A stretch of 60,273 bases of DNA, filler included, from Diploschistes diacapsis (Eukaryota), in the NCBI GenBank assembly GCA_023645945.1. It is 8 parts of 8 records of this genome, joined end to end, with 100 filler letters (N's around TTAATTAATTAA, not from the genome) between each part and the next. Parts side by side here need not be neighbours in the genome. Positions count along the whole stretch, not along the records: positions 1 to 27,119 come from JALAIB010000167.1; 7 more parts are not named here. One strand, 5' to 3'. Under the pieces are notes generated by a model. It worked only from the letters and a program-made list of their open reading frames with translations, was not told the origin of the DNA and made no database searches. Made by a program: the position numbers and the translations under genes. Positions 13,301 through 23,357 of this stretch are shown piece by piece. Every line of letters begins with the position of its first letter. The first letter of the stretch is position 1.

Positions 13301-13742
13301 TCCGCGCAGGTTGTTCTGGCGGTTTGTGCTCTGAAATTGGAATGTACTTGTAGTCGGGCGGCAGTGCAACCTGATGCCTCACTTGATGCGATAGTACAAC
13401 AGCAGTTCCTTCTTTAGATGCTTGCAATCCTGCAGAAGCTGCAACCTCGCGGGACTGCTCTGTTTCGAAGGTATCTGCAACGACTGGAGCAGGTTCTGCT
13501 TCCCGCCTTAGCCGCTTCGCCTCCGGTGCGTTTTCTCCATTGATGGCATTTTTTCCAGAAGCTCCATCCGCATCTTGCATGGAAAATTCTTTGGCGGGGG
13601 ATTCTGCTCTATTTTGTTCCTTCGTCTCCCCAGTTACTAGGCGCTTTTTGCCTCTGGCATCTTTTTTCTTTTTTTCGGGCCTTTCTACTGCCTTTCGCGG
13701 AGCCCATTGCTGATCCTCAAAAACATCGAAGAGGTCGTCCAT
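10321..13742 (-). CDS. MTR4: ATP-dependent RNA helicase Mtr4/Dob1 (5 exons)
   Basis: [41 protein letters not shown], arch/KOW region, and DSHCT ending [12 protein letters not shown]. Four GT-AG introns. Confidence 0.97.
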
Positions 13743-14003
13743 GACTGTGTATGATTTAGCGCAAGATCATGCTATTTGAAGCTTCGGCTAGCTAAAAGAG
13801 TAGAACCAAAGTACAATGAAAGAATGGAACCCTCGGACTTAAAGAATTTTCTGCCGGAGTTAGTGATGCAAATTTGTTCTCCGCCCGCACCAGTAAACTT
13901 TAGCTTGCACTAGGTTAATACCGTCTTGTTTGGATCTACTGACATATGTTTTGCTTATTTCCTCGCCAAACTTGATATTCAACAGAGCTTTCAGGTCCCC
14001 AAT
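13743..14003. promoter_or_regulatory. Probable bidirectional promoter between MTR4 and the KH gene
   Basis: The two divergent start codons are only ~260 bp apart. No specific motifs assigned. Confidence 0.5.
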
Positions 14004-15929
14004 ATGGCTGACGAAGAGAAACGCATTTCTAAGCGCTCGCGCTTCGATCAGACCGAGCCTGAGCCAAAGCGATCATCACGTTTCGATCGGCGGTCACGAT
14101 CACCATCAAACCGACACTCTGAATCGCATCGTAGTCGCAGTCCTGTAAACAGAAATGAGAATGGAACTGAGTCCAGGAAATCAGGTGGTGCAGATGCTGC
14201 AGCTGCTGCAGGTTGGCTTCAACCACAACCACCTCTACGCATAAGCTAACTCATTCTCAAGCTGCGGCCGCTGCCAGGATCAATGCCCAAATCCAAGCGA
14301 AGAAGGGCATACAACACGTTGATGTGCCTCCTATAAGATCGGTACTTTAACCTCATTGGCAATATAATACTTCGATCTGATAAACACCAGACGCCTACAC
14401 CCATCGCCAAATCTTCCTCGCCTTCTGCAAATAGCCCTTCAGCCAATGAGATGAAGACCGATATGTATATCGCTGATGGTGACTATATTAAAGACATTGA
14501 AGTCAATGATCTGAGGAACAAATACACACTGACCAAAGGAGCCACTCAAAAAACGGTAAATACTCTTATTGTCCACTGATTTTCTCAGGAACCCTCCTTC
14601 AGATGATTCCTAACTTGATCACTCATTCTTGAGAATCTCTTCACCCATTCATTGAGCGTAAATGAAGCTTACGCGACTGACTTAGCATTCCACATCTCGT
14701 TTGCACCTGCTGACCTCAACTGCGTGACATTTAGATAAAAGAAGAAACTGGCGCCGGTACGCACTACTCACTTGTTAAATGTTGAAAGCAGCAGCTCATC
14801 TATCTCAAGATGTTACAACCCGTGGAAGCTACTATCCGGACAAGAGCATGGCTACAGCAGCAGTAGGCTTTGGTTTGCAGGCTTCCCTAACTTTAATATG
14901 CTAACGATTACCGAAGAATCCTCCTCTGTATCTGCACATCACCAGCACGACTAAGGAAGGCCTTGAACAGGCCGTCCAGAAGATCGAGGATTTGATGAAA
15001 CAGGAGCTGCCCAATCTTGTGGATGAGAGACGCTTTCGCCGCAGGGAGCCAGAGCAATTTGAGAGGGATGAGTTTGGCCGGGTACGTATAGTCTTCTCAG
15101 GGTCGACTATCAATACTTTGGCTCAACGTTCTAGCGTAAATGGCCTGAAGAGCGTATTCCCATCAACCTAGAGCCACTTCCTGGTTTCAACCTACGCGCA
15201 CAGGTTGTTGGTGGTGGAGGAGCTTATGTTAAACACATACAGCAGGAAACACGTTGTCGTGTGCAAATCAAGGGGCAAGGCTCTTCTTTCATGGAGCATA
15301 GTACTAACCAGGAAAGTGATGATCCCATGTACCTTCACGTGGCGTGAGTATTGGGAGAGAACTTTGTCTCCTAACCAGCTAATGTCGTGAAGTGGTCCAG
15401 ACCCCAAAGAGGTCCAGAGAGCCAAGGGACTTTGTGAAGACCTCTTGAAGAATGTGAGAGAGCAGTGGCAACGTCACAAAGACAACCCTCGCAGCTACAA
15501 CGGCTATGGTGATCGTCAAAACTCGCAGGGCTATGGCGGCTATGGAAGCAGTTACGGTTCAAGCTACAGCGGCCACGGAGGATACGGTGCTAGCTATGGG
15601 CAAAGCTCTACCACTTCTGCTCAAAGCCCCATTGCAGCTCCTGGCACATCTAGTGCTGGAAGCTCTAGCCAGCAAGATTACAGCGCACAGTGGGCCCAGT
15701 ATTTCCAGCAATACCCCCAATATGCTGCTTATTACTACGCCCAGCAGCAGCAGCAAGCAACTCCAGCTCCGCCTGGAGGATCCAGCGATCCCCCTCCACC
15801 ACCTCCAGGCGGATCTCCGGGTGTCGGGTACAATGCGGTAAGGCGATTAATAGTCTAACCTTTTCGCACATTAACAATGAACTAAGAGACTAACTTGTGT
15901 CACAGGTTCCTCCACCGCCAGGCATGTGA
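14004..15929 (+). CDS. KH-domain RNA-binding protein, KHDC4/BLOM7-like (9 exons)
   Basis: RS-rich N-terminus; KDIEVNDLRNKYTLTKGATQ, IKEETGADVTTRG, PPLYLHI; second KH domain FNLRAQVVGGGGAYVKHIQQETRCRVQIKGQGS; G/Y/P-rich tail. Eight introns traced in frame. Confidence 0.88.
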
Positions 15930-16206
15930 AGCACGGATCCAAGTTAAGAATATGTTCAGACTTATCTGTTACTATCGATTGCCTGCTTTCCTAGCCGGTG
16001 AGGACTACTGATCACCTTTTGGTGTTGTTGGATCTGATAGTTACTCTTTGGAGGAGGTCAGAACGAAATTAGCTAGTATAGTGTTTAGGCTTAAGGCACT
16101 TTACCGCCACAGTTCCGCACGTGCCGCCAGCAAACAATCTTACCTTTTCACGTTACACCTTCAGGTACCGCAGTGTCAGTCCCTCAAGTAGACAGACTGT
16201 GATCCC

Positions 16207-17797
16207 TTAATCCTCATACCCCTCGGCCACCCATCGCTGCGAACTCACCCACTCCTCTGCCGCTAGCCCCTGCTCCTTCCTTTTGTTCAGACCCTCCCCT
16301 TCCTTGCAGAAATCACACGTGAAGTCGCAAATCCCAGCCTCCTGCTTCTCTCCAAAATACTCCGCTACCATTCCATGCCTGCACCTCCCCGTCGCCTCGC
16401 AGTACCCGACCAGCGCCTTCAAGCTCTTCACTCGCATCTCCATTTGCCTCACCTGGCTTCCGCGGTCACCAGGCAACTTCCGCACCTCGCCCGGCGCGCT
16501 CACCCTGCTCAGCACACGCTTGTGATCCTCGCGGCTGTAGAACAAAAGGCATAAGCTAGCTCTTCCGTCCCGCCCCGCTCGGCCCGCCTCTTGGTAGTAG
16601 CCCTCGAACGTCTTGGGCATGTTCCAATGCACGACGAAGCGCACGTCTTCCTTATCGATGCCCATGCCAAACGCGGTCGTCGCGACGATGATGTCGTAGC
16701 CCGGCGCGGACGCGATCCATCTGTCCTGGCACCGTATCCGCTCTTCCGTGCTCAGGCCGGCGTGGTACGCGGCGGCCCCGATCCCCGCGGCCTGCAGTTG
16801 CCGTGCCAAGTCGTCGCACGAGGACCGGAAGGACGTGTATATGATGCCGCTGACGGCATCCGGGCGCTCATTGCGCGCGTCAAGCTCTGCGCGGCGGTCC
16901 GTGTCGTCGGCACGCCGGCCGTGCACGCGCTTCAGCCAGGAGAGGAAATGGTCCAGCCTTGTGTCGTCTTCGTCGGAGGTGAAGCGGACTTCGTAGTGCA
17001 GGTTGGGCCGAGAGACGGTGGTCGTGAAGACCTTGAGTCGCTCCGGCGTAAGATTTAGTACGCGGATGATGTCCTCTCTCACGGTCGGCGTGGCGGTCGC
17101 TGTTAGGCACATGATCGGCACGCTGGGGAACGTATCGCGGAAATAACTCAGGTGCAGGAACGCGGAGCGGAAGTCATGGCCCCATTCGGAAATGCAATGC
17201 GCCTCGTCGATTGCTATGCGCGCTAGCTCGTGCTGCTTGTGAACCGTCTTCAGCGCGGCGCGGAAGGAGTCCGTGAGGCAGTACTCGGGCGTGATGTACA
17301 GGAGGCGGGTGCGCGGGTGCCCGCACTTGAGGTCCGCGAAGATGGCATCTTTTTGGGCGCGGTCGGTGGTGCTATTCAGTGTGGCAACAGCGATGCCGGC
17401 GGCTTCGAGCTGCGAGACTTGGTTCTTCATCAGGGCTAGCAGGGGGGAGATGCAGATTGTGATGCCATGGTCCAGGACCGCGGGCAGCTGGTAGCAAAGG
17501 GATTTGCCGAAGGAGGTGGCGGCTTGCACGAAGACATCGTGTCCTTCGAGCACGGTGGTGATGATTTCTTTTTGGCGTGGCCTAGTGGTTTGTTATTTGC
17601 GTCATTCCAGCGGTGGATATGGGTGGACGCGCTGAAGGTCAGAGAGAAGCAAGATTTCGGGTGCATATGAAATAAACGTATACGGAATATTGAGAATGGA
17701 ATTGTTATTTGAAAACACCTTACCTAAAGCTTTGCTTGCCAAAGATGCGCGTTAGAGTAAATTCAAGGTCCGAGGGCACCTGCTTCGAACGCTGCAT
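16207..17797 (-). CDS. Short RecQ-family DNA helicase (no HRDC domain), 2 exons
   Basis: Exon 1 MQRSK...FTLTRIFGKQSFR; intron 17582-17723; then TSFGKSLCYQLP, DEAHCISEWGHDFR, TATAT, AFGMGIDK, YYQEAGRAGRDG and RQC Zn cysteines. Confidence 0.93.
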
Positions 17798-17951
17798 CTC
17801 TTTCCTCTACGCAACGCGTCCGGCCTTGTAGCATTTTGTGGACAAGTAAGTGTATGTAAGCCTGTCTCAAATACAAAGTTGGAGATAAAGGCTTGGAAAA
17901 TTTGTTAGTAGCAAATGAGACACGTGTTCACAGTGAATCTGTTCGTGGATT

Positions 17952-19799
17952 TCAATCATGTATTGGGTATCTTAGTCGTGTTTGGATATGTCGTTCTGTC
18001 TCTAGGACGTCTAGAACAACTTCCTCCTCTTCGGGGTCCGGCTGCCACCGCGCCTTCAACATATCCCATATGTGCACAGCAACCTGGACACCGCAGCATT
18101 TAGAAAATGCACGCAAGATCCATGTTACCGTAAACTTATCTATGTACATATTCTCCACACCGTCATCGTGTAATTTGATATAAGTTTCCCAAACACTTTT
18201 TAACCTATCTTTTGTCCAAGCAGTATATCGTACACCACCATGAAGCTTGAAGCCTCGGAATAGCTCAGTGAAGATCCTAGTATGCACAGGTAACCCGTAG
18301 GCCTGCATCTCCTCTATGAGCCTCATTATGCTGTTCAGCTCTCCTGAATGGTTTGCGTGGTGGGCAATGAAAATGAGGAACGTCCTAAAATCTGGTGATA
18401 CGGATTGCTGATTTTGGAGCTTGGTAAGGTATTCTCGATCATCTCTGTGGACTTTGGACATTTTCTCCAGAATGCGCCTCAGATCTCGCGATGCTTGCCA
18501 GTCCAACTGTGGGAGTTTTCGGCCTCCCTTCATTGCATGCATTTTCTTCATCCTCTCATAAACTTGATCAGCGGCCGTGGGCTCACCAGCCCGTAACAGA
18601 GATGCAACAACACAGTTGAGGACGGCGGTATCGACAATCTCGCCAGCATCGACAAAGTCACGGTATGCCTTGCGAATTGCTTTCCCGTCCTGGCGAAGGC
18701 CATGGTAGAATATGAAACCAAAACGAGTAAATCTGGTAAAAACTAGGTCACGCTGCTTCATTTCCTGCAGAATCATTTCGGCAAGATTGAATTGGCCAGC
18801 TTTAACAGCAATGTCAAAGAGTATGTTGAAAGTCACGCTGCTTCCGACTATGCCGGCAGCTTGCTCCATTGTTTTCCACGTACGTAAAGCATCTTCAACC
18901 TCGTTTGCACCGACTCTCGCGAAAGTTCGTCCTGCCAAGTAGATTGCACTGTTCCAGACGTGTCCCGAGATTTGGAAATCCGCGGCTCTCATGTCGTCCA
19001 AGACTGAAAGAAATTGAAGGGTAGTCTCCTGTGTTTTCAACTCCACAACAGACAGCCGCCTGAGCAACAGAAAACGATACTTTTCCGAGAGATGCATAAC
19101 ACCAGGCTGCGGTAAAACTTTGTAGAGCTTGAAAATATCATCAGCAGAAGCGTTTTTATCCCTAATGGCATTCGTAAGCCGCGATATTGCGACGAAGCAT
19201 AGCTGCTTTTCCGTAACACGGTCAACCTCGACGGGCCTGGCATGACTTTGACTATCAATTTTTTCCAATTGAGGTGACTTCAGCGATTTCCATGAAGGAT
19301 GCGTTGGATCATCTGCAGGGTCATCGATATAATAGTCAAGCATTGCAATATATTCATCTCGATTTTTCTCATTGATGACAGCCAATTGCCTCGTCGGAAA
19401 CCTTGCCTGGCAATGGAGTCGTCGAAACTGCTGATTCCGCTCTGGAAGGCGTGACCGAGTTCGAATAATGGGAATGGATGTGCAAGGACCCCATTGCCGA
19501 AGCCAGTTGTGCTTCTTGCAGGAGCTTGCGGTCAATAGTGCTCCAAAGAAAAGCCGCTCAACTGTGTCGTACGATGGATCGTATATTGAGGCAGCTTGTC
19601 GCCTATGAAGCCTTTGCTTGTTGTCTAGGAATGGCAAGTAATGTAATGGGGTGATTGCAGAGGGCTGCAAATTCTGACCGGCTTTGGCAACAATATCGCG
19701 GAGTTGCATCAGCTCGCGGAGAAGTCGAAACAAGGGCATAAACTCGAGCGCGGCATGACGGGCGGCTCGCACCTGGCAAGTTGGAGCTGGATAGAACAC
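17952..19799 (-). CDS. Pentatricopeptide-repeat protein, probably mitochondrial; start uncertain
   Basis: PPR-like repeats VWNSAI, VTFNILFDIAVKAGQFNLAEMILQEM, DTAVLNCVVASLLRAGEPTAADQVYERM, PDFRTF. Confidence 0.85.
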   Translation of the reverse strand: MFYPAPTCQVRAARHAALEFMPLFRLLRELMQLRDIVAKAGQNLQPSAITPLHYLPFLDNKQRLHRRQAASIYDPSYDTVERLFFGALLTASSCKKHNWLRQWGPCTSIPIIRTRSRLPERNQQFRRLHCQARFPTRQLAVINEKNRDEYIAMLDYYIDDPADDPTHPSWKSLKSPQLEKIDSQSHARPVEVDRVTEKQLCFVAISRLTNAIRDKNASADDIFKLYKVLPQPGVMHLSEKYRFLLLRRLSVVELKTQETTLQFLSVLDDMRAADFQISGHVWNSAIYLAGRTFARVGANEVEDALRTWKTMEQAAGIVGSSVTFNILFDIAVKAGQFNLAEMILQEMKQRDLVFTRFTRFGFIFYHGLRQDGKAIRKAYRDFVDAGEIVDTAVLNCVVASLLRAGEPTAADQVYERMKKMHAMKGGRKLPQLDWQASRDLRRILEKMSKVHRDDREYLTKLQNQQSVSPDFRTFLIFIAHHANHSGELNSIMRLIEEMQAYGLPVHTRIFTELFRGFKLHGGVRYTAWTKDRLKSVWETYIKLHDDGVENMYIDKFTVTWILRAFSKCCGVQVAVHIWDMLKARWQPDPEEEEVVLDVLETERHIQTRLRYPIHD

Positions 19800-19974
19800 G
19801 ATGCAGTAGATAAAAGAAGTGCTTCAGCATCTAGCTCCTATATTAATTGGGAGGCAGCAAACAAGCCCAGCTTCATTTATTGTGCACAGAAATATGCCGC
19901 GATTTCATTTTTCTTGCGGACTAGGGTGACGGCCGCTCTAAGGTCGCGCGATCCGGGTGATTTTCGAGTAATCT

Positions 19975-20060
19975 CAAGGCTGAGCGTAATTAAATTTAGG
20001 GTGTTTTTTACGGACACGGACATGGATACCGTAAATTTAAAAAATTTCATTTCCATGGAT
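19975..20060. repeat. Fragment of the ACGGAC/GTCCGT subterminal-repeat element family
   Basis: tacggacacggacatggataccgtaaatttaaaaaa matches 41740-41888 and the reverse complement of 45913-46112. Confidence 0.55.
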
Positions 20061-20401
20061 ATTATATTACAATATAACCACGAGCCCCTAAATCCCATAA
20101 TACTTAACTACAACTTCCACGCACCATAATAGAACAAGCTTCTTCGCACTATTTATTATATTAATAGTAACGATTCGCTGTCGATCCATCTGTTATAGAG
20201 TTTATAATTCCATACCAGGTTTAAAGAGCTTATTAAACACATTTATAGAATTAATTGATTATAATTTAATACTTTATAAAATCTATTTCAGCGTTTCGAT
20301 TCCTTATTAAACGATTTTAAATTCTTAGAAATAATTCAATTTATCTAAGCGTATGAATGAATTGCAATGTCAGATTCCATCGCAATGGATGTAAGGAGGT
20401 G

Positions 20402-20831
20402 CAGTAACGCTCCAAAAGTAATTGGCCCTGCCCCAAAACATACCAAAATTTGCGCATTTCACGAGACTCCTATCTCACAAATTAAATTTTTTAGAGGTCA
20501 AGAAAGTTATTTATTAATATGCTCAACATACTTAAATTCTTTTATAAACTCTCAATGCCATACTGATGAAGCAACAATACGATAAACTTATAAAGTATAG
20601 TGCTGTTGCGACCACTTGCGGCAGTGGTACGCTCTCGACTTTTATAACGTAATTCTTCTCACTACAGCTTTAATAACTTAAAAAAAACAAAATAAATACT
20701 CATCGCTTTATAAACTGCTTCAATAAATTTTTAGATTTCTCAAGGGGTTATGGGTGGTAGGGTAGCTTTATGAAAAAGGCGTGTTTTGGGTGTAACTTGG
20801 GGGAGGGTCTATTACTTTTGGCATAGTACTG
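20402..20831. mobile_element. Tc1/mariner-type non-autonomous element (MITE)
   Basis: Left end CAGTAACGCTCCAAAAGTAATTGGCCCTGCCCCAA versus reverse complement of right end CAGTACTATGCCAAAAGTAATAGACCCTCCCCCAA. TA on the right flank; AT-rich non-coding interior. Confidence 0.7.
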
Positions 20832-21242
20832 TACAACGTAACTTATAAGAGGCTTCGGTGTTTTGCGGGGCTTTAAGCACTAATTAATCAACGTCTTTTA
20901 CAGTGCCAAAGTGCCCACCCCCCCAATTCTCATCAAAACTGATCAACTTTGCAACCAAATATTTCCCCTATAAACATGTCAAATCGAAATTTCGAGACAT
21001 TGTAAGGAACTTTAATGCAATGCGCATATACGAGATTTTTTTGGGAATTTCTTTACATTTTCCCCGGCGTCTAATGGGGTGGTAACATTGAAGAAATTTG
21101 GTCCCAACCAAAAATTGATTGCGGTTACCACTGTCCCTCATTTTTCCCCTGACATTTAGTTTCCCGCCAAGACCTTAATCCGACCGTTTCAAAGCCGTCA
21201 GCAACATAAAAGCCATCTCGTACCCTCTCTATTCTAATCGAC

Positions 21243-23357
21243 ATGGCCTGTGGTCAAGGGAAAGCTGATGCCAGGAAAAATGGGCGGCAGCGTTCGAGCG
21301 GTGGTAATATATGTCACAATTCCACTCGATTTCATGGCGACTCACCTTTGAACAGAAAAGCGCCCTCAAGGTATCATAAAGCATCGACCTCAATACCCCC
21401 TCCGAAAGAGCCTGGAAGCAATACAGTGTCTGGAGAAGCGAGCAGACCTCCAAGGCCGAACCATTCAACAGCATTCGTTACCCTCCCTATCAACAAGCAA
21501 TATTCGCAATTCGGTACGTCCTCTGTTCGGTTTAATGTTATTCTTGAAACCGAATCCTAAGGAAAGTGCCCACAGAACTTACCGACTTGCGAGAAGCCTT
21601 CAGACTCGGACCACAGACCCAGTCAAAAGCGAAAGCGATCACAAGAAATTGAAGATCTAGTCCCCCAACCTAAGGACCAGCGCATTGATCTAGTGCAAAA
21701 GAGCTTTACAAGGGAGAACGGAGATCAAGATCAGCTACCATCAACATCAACAATCAACTCACCCGAGCAATCATCTGGGAAGAAAAGGAGGAGAGTTGTT
21801 TCCACAAAACCGCGCTCAGCGGAAACTAATAATTGCTATCCGAAAAGGCGCAACAGTCCCATTTTTGAGAGGCCTGAAGAAGAACCCAAAGCCCCAGAAA
21901 ACGAAGAGAAAAGAAAATACAACCCTATCAGCTACTGGGCCGCGAACCATACCTGGCCCGACAACTTTGCAGAGTCCCATGCAATGTCTTCGAACAACAC
22001 CAGCAAACGACCGCGAACGTCGGATCATTATCAAAGCAGCAAGGATGAAAAACCCCGGAGCTATTCCCAGAGCCGTAAGGATGGAGATGTTCCGGAGCAA
22101 TATACTAAATCGTACGAAAAGTACATTTTCACGCAAGGTCTGGACATGAATTATATTAAAGGCAGAGAGTTAGTTTCTCCAGATAGCAAGGTGGCTTCCC
22201 AAGGACTTGGAAAAATGGAATGCACGGCCATCTCTCCTACTATATATTCCGAAGACAAAATACTGCAGGTGATCGACCTATGCCAGAATACAAATGAAGC
22301 AATGGTAAGCCGAGATATCACAACGCTGATTTTGCCGCCAATCAAAGCACTCCATCTAACGGACGACGCAAAACGTTTCAAAGATTTTACCGATCAAGTT
22401 AGGGCGCAGTGGCATGAGACCTGGGTTCTAGCAGGGCCCCGGCCTGAACCTGACCTGGCCGTTGGCTTCCTCTATTCCGCCTTTACGGAATCGGCAAATG
22501 AAAAACTAACTAACTACACATCTGTTGAAAACTTGACGCGACCAACCAACGAAATGTGTTTCCCGTTCCTGATGTGCGAGGTCAAGTGTGGCGACAAAGG
22601 ACTTGACTATGCTGACCGGCAGAACATGCACAGCTGCAGTGTGGCGGTCAAAGCGCTTCTCAAGCTCGAGCAAAAGGCGGATCAATACCGAGAGAAGGAC
22701 AAACAATTCGAAAGTTTGCTAGGCAAGATCCTAGTCTATTCCATCTCACACGATCAAAACGATGCTCGCGTCTGGGGATACTATGCCTTGGTTGAAGGAG
22801 GAAAATGGACATATTATCGATACCACATTGGCAAATTCGACATTGCACACAACGAGAGGTCCCTGCTGGCCCTTCACAACTTTGCCCGCAATGTTCTGAT
22901 CGTGCATGCTCCAAAGCTTTTAGAACGGCTTCAGAAAGCAATCGCAGCTCTCCCGGTCACATCCATGCTATCATTCTCCGCAAGTATTCTGAACTTGGAG
23001 GATGACTCACAGCAAGGCTCCCAACAACTCTCGCAGGGTCTAGATGCCGACGGTTTCGCGATTCCTAGTCTTCCTGCCAGCACCCAAAAATTGGTCGATG
23101 AGCAACAGCAGCAAATGGCCAAGATTTTACAACTACTAGAGCAGCAGAAGGATGAGCTAAAGAAAGAAAAGGATGAGCTAAAGAAAGAAAAGGATGAGCT
23201 AAAGAAAGAAAAGGATGAGCTTTCACAACTACTAGAGCAACAGAAGGATGAGCTAAAGAAAGAAAAGGATGAGCGAAAGAAGGATGAGGATAAATTAAAC
23301 GAACGAATCAACCGACTCATGAACATGATGGAATTGAGATTGCCACTGGCCTCCTAA
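21243..23357 (+). CDS. DUF7924-like protein with PD-(D/E)xK nuclease-like core and C-terminal coiled coil
   Basis: Exon 1 21243-21513 splices (intron 21514-21561) in frame to the long ORF. Motifs PISYWA, PEPDLAVG, FPFLMCEVKCG, ADRQNMHS, YSISHD, WGYY; heptad tail. Confidence 0.75.
23129..23290 (+). repeat. Coding tandem repeat: 21-bp unit GATGAGCTAAAGAAAGAAAAG (DELKKEK) plus a larger duplication
   Basis: Three consecutive near-perfect units, then a repeated CAACTACTAGAGCARCAGAAG block and another unit. Confidence 0.9.

Noticed and set aside
14632..14652. Partial complementarity to an LSU rRNA segment recalled from memory (possible snoRNA guide)
   Set aside because: The match is gapped and mismatched and the box C is non-canonical; kept only as an alternative hypothesis.
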